64,000 nt of DNA from Alphaproteobacteria bacterium (GTDB lineage Bacteria > Pseudomonadota > Alphaproteobacteria > Bin95), in NCBI GenBank assembly GCA_965205265.1, contig CBDBGH010000003.1, positions 4,608,001-4,672,000 on the forward strand, given 5' to 3'. A program made the position numbers and the translations under genes. Positions 37,501 to 46,518 of this stretch are shown piece by piece (the first letter of the stretch is position 1; every line of letters starts with the position of its first letter). The notes below the pieces were generated by a model. That model ran no database searches and was not told the DNA's origin. It saw nothing but the letters and a program-made list of their open reading frames with translations.

Positions 37501-37684
37501 TGCCGTCTTCGGCTGTGAGCCCGGTGGGCTCTGCGGGTGTGGACTGTGCGCAGCAGCGGTCCGCCGATACGGCCGCAGCGCCGACCAGCAGCACCGCGAC
37601 GGACAGCCAGCGGCGACATCGCGGTATTGCAGGCCGTTGCGCCTCCGCAAGCGGAGCCGTCGCGCGGGCCGGCTTGGAAAGCAA
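31547..37684 (-). CDS. large fibronectin type III repeat protein with C-terminal autotransporter-like beta-barrel
   Basis: Signal peptide; 16 units of P.KP.G...G...V.L.W...WQY...W....GL.NG..Y.F..RA.N; C-terminal amphipathic strands ending in QFRF. Confidence 0.85.
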   Translation of the reverse strand: MLSKPARATAPLAEAQRPAIPRCRRWLSVAVLLVGAAAVSADRCCAQSTPAEPTGLTAEDGNTQVRLRWSGPSDPTITHWQYAWKLSAGSYSDWADMPGSESATRRYTVTGLANNRTYRFKIRAVNDTGPGRESDEATGEPYPAFPAKPAGFQALPGDRKVVLMWDHADDISIQGWEFRRKEAGGRYGSWTAVPGSGADTTTHTVRGLENGTGYVFQIQAFNGAGTGRRSDERSATPMPTAPGKPTGFSVESGNRKAILTWTDPENETISKWQFAYKTTGGYGDWTDMAGSGAATVRHIVAMLANDTAHTFKIRAVNDIGAGAESDEVSATPMARAPEKPVGFTALAGDRQVALSWTDPSDASIVKWQYAYRTTGGYGNWTDISGSSAATTRHVVSGLANGTAHTFKIRAVNDVGPGAESEEASSTPLSRPAKPSGFTAKAGDALVALAWNDPLNSTITGWQYSFRTSGNYGAWKDIEGSHRATTGHSVTDLANGVEHAFKIRAVNASGGGEESDSVSATPQPVPEKPSGLRAEAGNTQARLLWTDPGDSTISGWQYSFRTTGPYGAWKDMPGSGPSTVRHTVTGLSNNTAYTFRLRAVNGSGTGAESDEAAATPREAVPAKPAGFRAESGDSEVSLTWDDPGDASIQGWQFKSRKSDGEYKAQWNDVPGSGAKTVRHTVTGLENGATYIFKIRAFNAANGYESEERSAAPRSPRPAAPAGFSARAGDAEITLAWDSPGDPAITGWQFAVRTTGAFGEWTDIPGSDAATTAYKATGLENGVEHVFKLRAVNEHGGGAESDEAAATPVAVPAKPTGFAATPGDGRVALSWDDPDDATITGWQYALKTTGGYGSWTDITGSGATTTAHTVTGLDNGAAHRFKLRAVNASGSGAESDEAAATPVAVPAKPTGFAATPGDGRVALAWDDPDDVTITGWQYALKTTGDYGSWIDIPDSGATTTAHTVTGLDNGAAHRFKLRALNASGSGAESDEAAVTPVAVPAKPTGFAATPGNGRISLQWSDPGDATITGWQYRYRTTDSYGTWTDIDGSGAETTSHMVTELANGVVHRFEVRAVNGSGPGAPSGETAATPLAVPAKPAGLTATPGSGEVVLEWNDPADATITGWQYNQRPENGEYEADWTAILGSTATTVRHTVTGLETGASYRFKLRADNASGPGAESDEIAATLPPVPVKPAGLTAAAGDGTILLEWTALGDATVAGWQYRYRTTSGYGDWTDIDGSGATTTSHGIVGLENGAPHTFRIRAVNSSGPGLESDEAEATPFAVPAKPTGFTATAGNGEVLLEWDDPGDDTISGYQYTRRKDDGDFEEDWTHIPLPVSRSGRMRYPVGGLENGVSYAFKLRAVNTSGVSEESAVAVASPEEVPEKPTNFTATAGDGQVALRWQSPENPIVGWQHRYKIEGGEFGGWIDMPQTGGDDGFTGHTVTRLTNGVTYFFQVRATNTHGPGPPSETAMATPEPAKPKKPTGLKAIPGYGQVLLTWDAARDPNIRWQYACWLDGKDICSPRIDDSPMENISDPCRRPPWIDVSGSSAATTRHTVPGLVNGVAHAFQVRTVAGDKCSDGSNVAYATPKAAATQAERTTVEALMAGLAGHVAAGAEIVVGERFSADPEAAQVVLAGHEIPLFAPARNETAQRPAAAGRQAITVGMDARETLRKSAFQIPLTDPADDGLPQWSLWHRGELRRFEGSAGPGARFGGRLSSTWFGLDMRLGKRWLFGAALARSEGDLEYGTGAASGAVETALDSVHPYLQWHFEDGRTVWITLGGGQGTIRNAAAGRGVETADAELATVSAGFRSALPAFGGLELSAAGAAGFARLEAKGDARTAIGSLSASTDRQSLGVKAALEEGEAAYYTSLSLRRSGGDGVRGLGLELSGGARSPLPASSGHADIRLRGLVWHSGREYREFGLTATVRQPADPDRGGPSWSLAGAYGALAGGSGKPERLWSRNAPKRGGRALPALDLKAGWRFVLRRSLFEPYAALSLAGANDRKLTLGLDMGPLAGPVLRLAAERRTPRTGGPESRISAALQFRF
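34655..35330. repeat. near-identical 282-bp intragenic tandem repeats (FN3 units 9-11)
   Basis: CGGCGT(G/T)GC(A/G)GCGAAGCC recurs at 34661, 34943 and 35225. Confidence 0.85.
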
Positions 37685-38115
37685 GCGCAGGTCCCCCTTG
37701 CATGCTGAAGCATGGCGGCCTCGTCAGCGAGGTCGCTCCCCCGCAAGGGATTCCATCGTCGAGCAAAGATGATGTAAATAAACCGCTGTTTATATCCAAG
37801 GAACCAATATTGCATATCTAGGATTATTTTCAGAGAAAGCAATGGCGCCGGAAAATTCTCGAGATACTGACGTTAAGGAAGGCGGCAGGCCGGGTATCCG
37901 GCACTGGCGGCGCTGTCTGTTTCATCGCGAAAGTACAGCAGGGCAGGAACGAAAGAACAGGCAAGGAAAATGACAAATAGCGCGATTTGACCGGGAGCGA
38001 CCTCGAAGCCGCGCCTGCAGACGGAAGCATGGGACGGCGCGGCAGCACGCGCGGCATGTGCGGGATGGTGCCGGCGGAGCGAAATGCAACCCGCGCCGCC
38101 GACAGCAAATAGGGG

Positions 38116-38871
38116 TCAGCCGCCGCAGGCGGGGCAGCCGGCGCGTCGTTTGAAGCGGACCATGCGCGTCGAAGCAGTGAGTGCATCGTAGAGCAGCAGA
38201 CGCCCGGAGAGGCCGTCGCCGATGCCGATCAGTTCCTTCAACGCCTCGACCGCCATGAGCGTGCCGACGACGCCAGCGACCGCGCCGAGGATGCCGGCTT
38301 CCGAGCAGGCCGGCACCGCGCCCGGCGGCGGCGGCTCCGGGAACAGGCAGCGGTAGCAGGGATGCTCCGGCCCGGCATGGGGCTTGAAGGTGGAGACCTG
38401 GCCGTCGAAGCGCAGCACCGCGCCCGAGACGAGCGTCCGCCCGGCGGCTATGGCGGCGTCGTTGACGAGGTAGCGGGTGGCGAAGTTGTCGCTGCCGTCG
38501 AGGATGAGGTCGTAGTCGCGGAAGAACCGGGCGGCATTGGCCCCGGTCAGCCGCTCATTGTGGGTCTCGACGCCGATGGCGGGGTCGAGCGCCCGGATGG
38601 CGGCGGCGGCGCTCTCGGCCTTGGGCCGGCCGATGCGGTCCGTGCTGTGGACCACCTGGCGCTGAAGGTTGGATACATCGACATCGTCGTCGTCGATGAT
38701 GCCGAGCGTGCCGACTCCGGCGGCGGCGAGATAGAGCAGGACCGGCGCGCCGAGGCCGCCTGCGCCAACCGCCAGCACGCGCGAGGCCAGCAGCTTCTGC
38801 TGTCCCGCGCCGCCCACCTCCGGCAGGATCAGGTGGCGGGCATAACGGTCGAGCTGTGCGTCGGTCAGCAT
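38116..38871 (-). CDS. moeB: molybdopterin-synthase adenylyltransferase MoeB/ThiF family
   Basis: RYARHLIL, GAGGLG, SNLQRQ, DGSDNF.TRY, CYRC, C-terminal CPAC. Confidence 0.9.
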   Translation of the reverse strand: MLTDAQLDRYARHLILPEVGGAGQQKLLASRVLAVGAGGLGAPVLLYLAAAGVGTLGIIDDDDVDVSNLQRQVVHSTDRIGRPKAESAAAAIRALDPAIGVETHNERLTGANAARFFRDYDLILDGSDNFATRYLVNDAAIAAGRTLVSGAVLRFDGQVSTFKPHAGPEHPCYRCLFPEPPPPGAVPACSEAGILGAVAGVVGTLMAVEALKELIGIGDGLSGRLLLYDALTASTRMVRFKRRAGCPACGG

Positions 38872-38882
38872 GGCGGCGCGCT

Positions 38883-40127
38883 CTAGAACCGCCCGATGCT
38901 GTAGGGAGCAAGGTCGATCGCGGGCGGGCGGCCGGCGGCCAGGTCGGCGATATACCGGCCGCTGATCGGCCCGGCCGTCAGCCCCAGATGGCCGTGGCCG
39001 AAGCCGTACCAGACGTTCCGGTGCAGCCGGGAGGCGCCGAGCACCGGCAGCGAGTCCGGCGTGGCGGGCCGGTTGCCCATCCAGGGCGAGCCATCCGAGG
39101 CGTCGATGTCCCGGAATGCCTTCTGCGCATGCGCCCGGAGCGGCTCGATGCGTTTCCACTCGGGCGGTGCGTCGAGGCCGGCGAATTCGGCCGTGCCGGC
39201 GAGCCGGAGGCCCATTTCCATCGGCGTCGCCATGAATTTCCGGTCGTAGAAGGAGATCGGGCGGCGCGTCTCGACGCCGGGGTCCGGCAGGGTCAGGTGG
39301 TAGCCGCGCTCGGATTCGAGCACCGCCTTTTCGCCCAGCATGTCGGCCAGGCCCGCCGACCAGGCCCCGGCCGCGACGACGAAACCGTCCGCCGCCACCG
39401 GGCCCTTGTCGGTGCGGGCTGCAATCAGCCGGTTGTCGTCGAAATCGAAGCCGGTGACGCGCGCCGCCAGCACTCGGCCGCCCCTGCGCGCGAAGGCTTC
39501 CGCCAGGCCGGCGGTGAGCGCGCCCGGATTGATCGTATGCGCGCCCTTCGGAAAGAAGGTTGCGTGCGGGAAGATCGGCGCCAGCCCCGGTTCGAGCTGG
39601 CGGAGTTCGTCGCCGGAGAGCTCCTCGACCTCGAAGCCGCGCTTCCGCTGGCCCTCCCGGTCGCCCACAGCAGCCCTGAAGGACCGCTCGCTCTCATAGA
39701 CGGTGAGCGTCCCGTTCTGGCGGATGAGGCCGGTCGTGCCCGCCTCGGCGGCAAGGTCCTTGTGCGCGTCGAGGGCCAGGCGGTGGAGCGCGGCCATGGC
39801 GTCCATCTGCCGGCGCATCGGCTCGGGCCGGCCGGCGCGCACGAAGCGGATGAGCCAGGGCAGGAAGTCCGGCAGGTGGCGCCAGCGGATGAAGAGCGGC
39901 CCCATCGGGTCCAGCAGCCAGCGCGGCGCCTTGAACATGAGGCCGGGGCCGGTCTGCGGCAGGCAGGAGTGGGAGCTTATCGCGCCGGCATTGCCGAAGG
40001 AGGTCATCGTGCCCGGCGGCTCCGGGTCGATCAATGTCACCTCATGCCCGTCGCGGCGCAGATAGCAGGCCGTCGCCGTGCCGACGATCCCGGCCCCGAT
40101 CACTGCAATATGCCGCGCCCCGCTCAT
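38883..40127 (-). CDS. FAD-dependent D-amino acid dehydrogenase (DadA-like)
   Basis: GAGIVG, TSFGNAG, AGAWS, ERGYH, WMG.RP.TPDSLP, FGHGHLGLT. Confidence 0.88.
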   Translation of the reverse strand: MSGARHIAVIGAGIVGTATACYLRRDGHEVTLIDPEPPGTMTSFGNAGAISSHSCLPQTGPGLMFKAPRWLLDPMGPLFIRWRHLPDFLPWLIRFVRAGRPEPMRRQMDAMAALHRLALDAHKDLAAEAGTTGLIRQNGTLTVYESERSFRAAVGDREGQRKRGFEVEELSGDELRQLEPGLAPIFPHATFFPKGAHTINPGALTAGLAEAFARRGGRVLAARVTGFDFDDNRLIAARTDKGPVAADGFVVAAGAWSAGLADMLGEKAVLESERGYHLTLPDPGVETRRPISFYDRKFMATPMEMGLRLAGTAEFAGLDAPPEWKRIEPLRAHAQKAFRDIDASDGSPWMGNRPATPDSLPVLGASRLHRNVWYGFGHGHLGLTAGPISGRYIADLAAGRPPAIDLAPYSIGRF

Positions 40128-40226
40128 GGCCCGGCATATAGCATGGACCCTGCCGGAGCGGCAGGCGGTTTGGTCCGGGGCGGAAACGCTCTAATGTCTG
40201 CGCCCAAGGCAAGGAGGCGGAGTGCC

Positions 40227-41414
40227 ATGAGCGGGCCGTTGTCGGGGTTTCGGGTGGTCGATCTCACCAATGTGATTTCGGGGCCGATGGCGACGCAGAT
40301 ACTCGGCGACCAGGGCGCCGACATCGTCAAGGTCGAAGCGCGGGGCGGGGACCTGACGCGCGGCGGCGGCAACCGGCAGGGCGGGCTCTCGGCGGCGTTC
40401 CTGAACAACAACCGCAACAAGCGCTCCATCGTGCTGGATCTGAAACGGCCCGAGGGCGTGGCGCTGCTGAAGCGCCTCGCCGCGACGGCGGACGTGTTCA
40501 TCCAGAACTTCCGCCCGGGCGTGGTGGAGCGGCTCGGCGTCGGCGAGGCGGATATCCGCGCCGTCAGGCCGGACATCGTCTATGTCTCGCTCAGCGGCTT
40601 CGGCGAAAAGGGGCCGTTCGCCTCCAAGCCCACCTACGACCCCATCGTGCAGGCGATCTCGGGACTCACCACCGTGCAGGCGGGCTCCGACGAGGAGCGG
40701 CCGAGGCTGGTGCGCACCATCCTGCCGGACAAGGTGACGGCGCTCACCGCCGCCCAGGCGGTGACGGCCGCGCTGCTGCACCGCGCGGCGACCGGCGAAG
40801 GCCAGCATGTCCGCGTCTCGATGCTCGATTCTGTCGTCGCCTTCCTCTGGAACTCGGACATGGGCTCGCAGACCTTTGTGGACGCGCCAACCTCGATCCA
40901 GCGGGCGGCAAGCTTCATCGACCTCATCTACGAGACGGCCGACGGCTTTATGAGCGTCTCGCTGATGACCGACCGGCAATGGCTGGGCTTCTGCGAGGTC
41001 TCCGGGCGCGAAGACCTGGCGAAGGACCCGCGCTTCGCCACCGGGGCGCTGCGCGACGAGAATATCGACGCGCGCCTGGAGCAGGTGCAGGAGGAGTTGC
41101 GCAAGCGAACCACAGCGGAGTGGACCGCCGCTTTCGACGCCGCGCATGTGCCGTCCGCGCCGGTGTTGACCCGCAGCCAGATGGTCCGGCACCCGCAGGT
41201 CGCCGCCAACGGCACGCTTACGGAATACGACCATCCGCTCGCCGGGCGTCTCCGGCAGGCGAGGCCCGCCATCCGCTTCGAGGGTTCGCCCTCGAGCATC
41301 AGACGCGGCGGTTCCGAACTCGGCGCCGACACCCGCGAGGTGCTGGCCGAAGCCGGCATTGCCGAGGACGAGATCGACGCAGCCATCGCCAGCGGCGCGG
41401 CGGGCGTATCGTGA
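40227..41414 (+). CDS. CaiB/BaiF family III CoA transferase
   Basis: SGP.ATQILGDQGADIVKVE, NRNKRS, QNFRPGV. Confidence 0.9.
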   Translation: MSGPLSGFRVVDLTNVISGPMATQILGDQGADIVKVEARGGDLTRGGGNRQGGLSAAFLNNNRNKRSIVLDLKRPEGVALLKRLAATADVFIQNFRPGVVERLGVGEADIRAVRPDIVYVSLSGFGEKGPFASKPTYDPIVQAISGLTTVQAGSDEERPRLVRTILPDKVTALTAAQAVTAALLHRAATGEGQHVRVSMLDSVVAFLWNSDMGSQTFVDAPTSIQRAASFIDLIYETADGFMSVSLMTDRQWLGFCEVSGREDLAKDPRFATGALRDENIDARLEQVQEELRKRTTAEWTAAFDAAHVPSAPVLTRSQMVRHPQVAANGTLTEYDHPLAGRLRQARPAIRFEGSPSSIRRGGSELGADTREVLAEAGIAEDEIDAAIASGAAGVS

Positions 41415-41435
41415 TGCGGTGAGGGCAGAGCGTCG

Positions 41436-42416
41436 ATGTCGATTCCGGTTATCGATATCGCTCCCTTTCTTCGGGGCGGGGCCGGGGACAAACGGTGGGT
41501 CGCCCGCGACATCGCGGCGGCATGCAAGGACTCCGGTTTCTTCTGCATCACCGGCCACGGCGTGCCCGAGGACCTTGTCGTCCGCACGCGGCAGGCCGCG
41601 GTCGATTTCTTCGCGCGGCCGCTCGACGAAAAGCGCCTGATCCTGCGGCCGGAGAGCCGGGTCGGGCGCGGATATTACCCGTTCGCCGACCGCTCGCTCG
41701 CCTACACGCTGGGCGAGGAGACGCCGCCCGACCTCCAGGAAGCCTTCGCGATGGGGCCTCCCGATGTGCCGGATGACGACTACTACCGGGGCGAAATCGC
41801 AGAGTATTTCTTCGCGGAAAACCGCTATCCCGCTCGGCCCGAGGGCTTCCGGGAGACGGTGGACGACTATTTCCGCGCGCTGCTGGCGCTTTGCGACCGG
41901 CTCATGGGGGCCATGGCGCTGGCGCTCGGGCTTGAGGAGGACTTTTTCGCCGCCAGGATCGACCGGCCTGCCTGCGGCCTCAGGCTCATCCGCTATCCGG
42001 CGCAGGCCGCCGCTCCCGAGAGGCGGCAGCTCCGCGCCGGCGCGCACACCGATTACGGCACGCTGACGGTCCTGCGCGGCGACGACGTGCCGGGAACGCT
42101 GCAGGTGAAGCTGCCGCGCGGCGGCTGGACAGACCTGCGCCCGCCGGCTGACGCCTTCGTGTGCAATCTGGGCGACGCGATGGCGCGCTGGACCGGCGGG
42201 CGCTGGGCCTCGACCCTGCACCGGGTGGCGAACCCGCCCGCTGGAGTTCCGCAACGCGACCGCATCTCGCTGGTCTTCTTCCACCAGCCCAACTACGACG
42301 CGCTGCTCAACGGCATCTTCGAGGACGCCGCAGACGCGGTGACGCTCGCCGAGCACTTCATCGAGAAGATACATCTTGCCGCCGGTGCCGGTCGGCTGCA
42401 GACGCCGGGCGAATAG
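41436..42416 (+). CDS. isopenicillin N synthase-like 2OG-Fe(II) oxygenase
   Basis: IPVIDI, GFF.I.GHGV, HTDYG, NLGD, STLHRV, RIS. Confidence 0.9.
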   Translation: MSIPVIDIAPFLRGGAGDKRWVARDIAAACKDSGFFCITGHGVPEDLVVRTRQAAVDFFARPLDEKRLILRPESRVGRGYYPFADRSLAYTLGEETPPDLQEAFAMGPPDVPDDDYYRGEIAEYFFAENRYPARPEGFRETVDDYFRALLALCDRLMGAMALALGLEEDFFAARIDRPACGLRLIRYPAQAAAPERRQLRAGAHTDYGTLTVLRGDDVPGTLQVKLPRGGWTDLRPPADAFVCNLGDAMARWTGGRWASTLHRVANPPAGVPQRDRISLVFFHQPNYDALLNGIFEDAADAVTLAEHFIEKIHLAAGAGRLQTPGE

Positions 42417-42453
42417 CGCCGAACGGCCCCGCCGGTGCGGCCTGCGCTCCGGC

Positions 42454-43083
42454 TCACTTGTTGCCGTAGAGCCTGTCGCCGGCGTCTCCGAGGCCCGGCA
42501 CGATATAGCCGTGGTCGTCGAGCCGCTCATCGATCGCGGCGGTGAAAACCGCCACTTCGGGGTGGGCGGCGTGGAACGCCTCGATGCCCTCCGGGGCCGC
42601 CAGCAGGCACAACATCTTGATGTCGCGCGCCTTCGCTTCCTTGAGCCTGGAGACGGCCGCCGCCGCCGAGTTCCCCGTCGCCAGCATGGGGTCGAGAACG
42701 ATCACGGGGCGGTCGCCCAGGTCCTCCGGCACCTTGAAGTAGTATTCCACGGCCACCAGCGTTTCCGGGTCCCGGTAGAGCCCCACATGCCCGACGCGCG
42801 CCGACGGGATGAGGTCGAGCAGCCCTTCCAGCAGCCCGTTTCCGGCTCTCAGTATGGAGATAAGGACGAGCTTCTTGCCGGTCAGGAACGGCGCGCCTGT
42901 CTCCGCGAGCGGCGTCCGGATGCTGCGCGTCTCGGTTGCGAGGTCGCGGGTGACCTCATAGCCGAGCAGCAGCGAGATCTCGCGCAGCAAAACCCGGAAC
43001 TTGGCGGTGTCGGTGTCCTTCCGCCGCATGAGGGACAGCTTGTGCTGCACCAGCGGATGATCGACGACCGTGACATTGTCCAT
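42454..43083 (-). CDS. upp: uracil phosphoribosyltransferase
   Basis: [35 protein letters not shown]. Confidence 0.96.
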   Translation of the reverse strand: MDNVTVVDHPLVQHKLSLMRRKDTDTAKFRVLLREISLLLGYEVTRDLATETRSIRTPLAETGAPFLTGKKLVLISILRAGNGLLEGLLDLIPSARVGHVGLYRDPETLVAVEYYFKVPEDLGDRPVIVLDPMLATGNSAAAAVSRLKEAKARDIKMLCLLAAPEGIEAFHAAHPEVAVFTAAIDERLDDHGYIVPGLGDAGDRLYGNK

Positions 43084-43176
43084 TCGGTGAAATCCTCTCG
43101 CGAATCCGAAGTCGGAAGACCGTGCTGTCCGGCGGCCCGACAAGGCTCTATCAAGCCCGGCTTCGTGACAAGACGC

Positions 43177-44682
43177 CTAGCGGGGGAGGGGAGTGGAATC
43201 GGCCTGCCACGGGCGGGCCGGGCCGGGCGGAATGCGTGCCCGGGCGGCCTGCTCGAACGCATGGGCGTAGCCGATGAGCGGGCCGTCCCGCCACGCGCCG
43301 CCGATGAAGGAAAGGCCGACCGGCAGGCCGGCGACATAGCCGGCGGGCACGGTGACGCTCGGATAGCCGGACACGGCCGCGAGACCGGAACTGCCGCCGA
43401 GGCGGTTGTCGCCGTTCACGAGGTCTATGGCCCAGGGCACAGGCGAAGTCGGCGCGACCAGGGCGTCGAGCCGGAATTCGCCGATGGTCCGGTCGATGCC
43501 GTTCTCCCGCGTGAGGCGGCGGCATGCGGCGAGCGCCTTCCGATAGGCCGGGTCATCCGTCCCGCCTGTCTCCTCGGCGGCGATCAGCTGTTCCTGCCCG
43601 AACCAGGGCATGACCCGGTCGGCATTGTCGAGATTGAACCGGATCAGGTCGGCGAGGGAATGGACCGGGCATTCGGGCCCGAGCGTCGAGAGCCAGGCGT
43701 TCAGCCCGACCTTGAATTCGGTCCGCATCACCAGGATTTCATGGGGCCGGATGGCCTCGCGCGAGGGCATGGCCACCTCATCGACGATGACGGCGCCGGC
43801 ATCCGCCAGCGCTTCGAGCGCACCTTCGAACACCCGGTCCACCGCTTCGTGGAAGCCGCAATAATTGCGGACGGCGCCGATCCTCGCCCCCTGCAGCGCG
43901 CCGGTGTCGAGGAAGCGGGTGAAGTCCTCCTCCGGTAGCGGCCGGGTAGCCGGGTCGTCCGGGTCGGGGCCGGCCAGCGCGCCGAGCAGGACCGCAGCGT
44001 CGGCGACCGTGCGCGCCATCGGGCCCGCCGTGTCCTGGCTCGCGGCTATGGGAATGATCCCGATACGGGAGACCAGGCCGAGGGTCGGCTTGATTCCGAC
44101 GATGGAATTCATCGCGGAAGGCCCGACGACGGACCCGTCGGTCTCCGTGCCGACAGCGGCCGGCGCAAAGTCGCGCGCGACCGCCACGCCCGAGCCCGAG
44201 CTTGAGCCGCCGGGCGTGCGGTCGGTCGCATAGGCGTTGCGGACCTGGCCGCCGCGGCTCGACCAGCCGCTCGACGAGCGCGTGGAGCGGAAGTTGGCCC
44301 ATTCGCTGAGATTGGTCTTGCCGAGCACCACGGCGCCGGACTCGCGCAGGCGCCGGGCGACATGGCTGTCCGCCTCCGCCCTCACACCGTCGAGCGCGAG
44401 CGATCCGGCCGTGGTCATCATCGCGTCGCCGGTCGCGATATTGTCCTTCAGCAGCACCGGCACGCCGTGCATGGGGCCGCGCACATGGCCGGCGGCGCGC
44501 TCGCGATCGCGCGCCTCAGCGATTTCGGGCGCGTCGGGATTGAGGAAGGCGATCGACCGGAAGGCGCCGTCCTCCGCTTCGACCCGCTCGCTGAAGGTCT
44601 CGACGAGATCGGCGGAGCCCAGCACGCCCTCGGCCATCAGGCGGGCGAGTTCGGCGATGGAAGCTTCTTTCGGGAGGGTCAT
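43177..44682 (-). CDS. amidase (amidase-signature family)
   Basis: LKDNI, GKTNLSEWAN, GGSSSGS, GTETDGS. Confidence 0.92.
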   Translation of the reverse strand: MTLPKEASIAELARLMAEGVLGSADLVETFSERVEAEDGAFRSIAFLNPDAPEIAEARDRERAAGHVRGPMHGVPVLLKDNIATGDAMMTTAGSLALDGVRAEADSHVARRLRESGAVVLGKTNLSEWANFRSTRSSSGWSSRGGQVRNAYATDRTPGGSSSGSGVAVARDFAPAAVGTETDGSVVGPSAMNSIVGIKPTLGLVSRIGIIPIAASQDTAGPMARTVADAAVLLGALAGPDPDDPATRPLPEEDFTRFLDTGALQGARIGAVRNYCGFHEAVDRVFEGALEALADAGAVIVDEVAMPSREAIRPHEILVMRTEFKVGLNAWLSTLGPECPVHSLADLIRFNLDNADRVMPWFGQEQLIAAEETGGTDDPAYRKALAACRRLTRENGIDRTIGEFRLDALVAPTSPVPWAIDLVNGDNRLGGSSGLAAVSGYPSVTVPAGYVAGLPVGLSFIGGAWRDGPLIGYAHAFEQAARARIPPGPARPWQADSTPLPR

Positions 44683-44777
44683 AAGAAACTCGCTCGTCCT
44701 TGATCCGGTCAGGCGGGAAACTATCGGGCGCTTGTCGTCTCAGCACAAACTGCTAAGGGGTGGCAACGGAGGCCGGA

Positions 44778-45794
44778 ATGGACTTGAGATCGCATATCCG
44801 GGCGCTGCCCAAGGCCGAGCTTCACCTGCATCTGGAGGGGACGCTCGAGCCGGAACTGATGATGCGGATGGCCGCCCGCAACAAGGTGGAGATCCCGTTC
44901 CGCTCGGTCGAGGAGATAAGGGCCGCCTACCGCTTCACCCGGTTGCAGGACTTCCTCGACATCTACTACCGGGGCATGGACGTGCTGCGTGCCGAGGAGG
45001 ACTTCTACGAGCTCACCGCAGCCTATCTGGAGCGGGTAGCCGCCGATGGGGCGGTGCATGTCGAGGTGTTCTTCGATCCCCAGGGTCACACCGCGCGCGG
45101 CATTCCCTTCGCGGTCGCGGCGGACAGCATACTGGCCGCGCTTGCTGATGGGCGCGAGCGGCTCGGCATCACCTCGCTGCTCATCATGTGCGTCCTCAGG
45201 CATCTCGACGAGGAGGACGGGTTCGCCGCCTTTCGCGACGCCGAGCCCTATGTCGCCGACGGGCGGATCGCCGGCCTCGGCCTCGACTCGACCGAGAGGG
45301 ACAATCCGCCCGCGAAGTTCGAACGCCTCTTCGCCGCGGCGCGGAAAGCGGGCCTCAGGCTCGTCGCCCATGCCGGCGAGGAAGGGCCGGCGTCCTATGT
45401 CGCCGAGACGGTTGACCGGCTGGGGGTGGACCGGATCGACCACGGCAACCGCGCGATGGACGACCCGGCCCTGGTCCGCCGCCTCGCCGGGCTGGGCATG
45501 CCGCTCACCGTGTGCCCGCTCTCCAACCTCAGGCTCGGCGGGGTGGCCGATCTCAGGCAACACCCGCTGAAGCGCATGCTCGAGGCGGGCCTCAAGGCTA
45601 CGGTCAACTCGGACGACCCGGCCTATTTCGGCGGCTATCTGGCGGACAATTTCGTTGCGGTCGCCGAAGCGCTCGGTCTGGGGCCGGCGGACCTGACGAC
45701 GCTCGCCCGGAATTCGATCGAAGCCTCATTCCTCGACGAGGCGGCCAAGCAGGCGCATCTCGCTCGGATCGAACGGGTCGCGGCGGAGGGATGA
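44778..45794 (+). CDS. adenine/adenosine deaminase
   Basis: PKAELHLHLEG, HAGEEG, RIDHG, CPLSN, NSDDP. Confidence 0.92.
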   Translation: MDLRSHIRALPKAELHLHLEGTLEPELMMRMAARNKVEIPFRSVEEIRAAYRFTRLQDFLDIYYRGMDVLRAEEDFYELTAAYLERVAADGAVHVEVFFDPQGHTARGIPFAVAADSILAALADGRERLGITSLLIMCVLRHLDEEDGFAAFRDAEPYVADGRIAGLGLDSTERDNPPAKFERLFAAARKAGLRLVAHAGEEGPASYVAETVDRLGVDRIDHGNRAMDDPALVRRLAGLGMPLTVCPLSNLRLGGVADLRQHPLKRMLEAGLKATVNSDDPAYFGGYLADNFVAVAEALGLGPADLTTLARNSIEASFLDEAAKQAHLARIERVAAEG

Positions 45795-46507
45795 ACGGCA
45801 AGTTGCACGACCCGCGCGCGTTCCGGATTCGCTTCGAATGGGGACCGCAGGGAATCGCCTATCTCGCTCCCGGAAGCGACGCCGTCGTGATCGTGGATGT
45901 GCTTTCCTTTTCAACCGCGGTCGTTGTGGCGGCGGCAAGAGGCGCAACGGTATTCCCCTACCGATGGGCCGACGACACTGCCGCCGACTATGCCAGATCT
46001 CTGGACGCCCTGCTTGCGGGCCCGCGGCGCGAGGCCGGTTACTCGCTCTCGCCCGGATCGTTGACGGGCCTGCCGGAGGGCAGCCGCATCGTGCTGCCGT
46101 CTCCGAACGGCGCGACCCTTTCGCTCGCCACCGGCGGGACGCCCACCTTCGCCGGATGCCTTCGCAACGCATCTGCAGTGGCGCGGGCGGCGCAGTCCTG
46201 TGGCCCTTGTGTCACGGTAATTGCATGCGGGGAGCGCTGGCCGGACGGCGCCCTGCGCCCGTCCCTGGAAGACCATATCGGCGCCGGGGCCATTCTGGCC
46301 CATCTCGACGGCGTGAGGTCGCCCGAGGCGGCTGCCGCAGTCAGCGTCTTTGAGAGCGCGAGGGCGCATCTTCCCGAAACGCTCCGGAACAGCGTATCGG
46401 GCAAGGAGTTGGCCGGCAGGGGCTTCGAGGACGACGTTACGGTTGCCTCGGAACTGGACAGCGACGATGTGGCGCCGAGACTCCGCGACCTTGCCTATGC
46501 GGCGTAA
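45791..46507 (+). CDS. 2-phosphosulfolactate phosphatase (ComB-like)
   Basis: IVDVLSFST, SLSP, SPNG, GCLRNA, LED..GAG. Confidence 0.82.
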   Translation: MNGKLHDPRAFRIRFEWGPQGIAYLAPGSDAVVIVDVLSFSTAVVVAAARGATVFPYRWADDTAADYARSLDALLAGPRREAGYSLSPGSLTGLPEGSRIVLPSPNGATLSLATGGTPTFAGCLRNASAVARAAQSCGPCVTVIACGERWPDGALRPSLEDHIGAGAILAHLDGVRSPEAAAAVSVFESARAHLPETLRNSVSGKELAGRGFEDDVTVASELDSDDVAPRLRDLAYAA

Positions 46508-46518
46508 GGCAGTCCCGG

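Noticed and set aside
33920-37708. 1262-aa plus-strand ORF with repeats
   Set aside because: It is the antisense shadow of the FN3 protein; its repeats only mirror the FN3 units.
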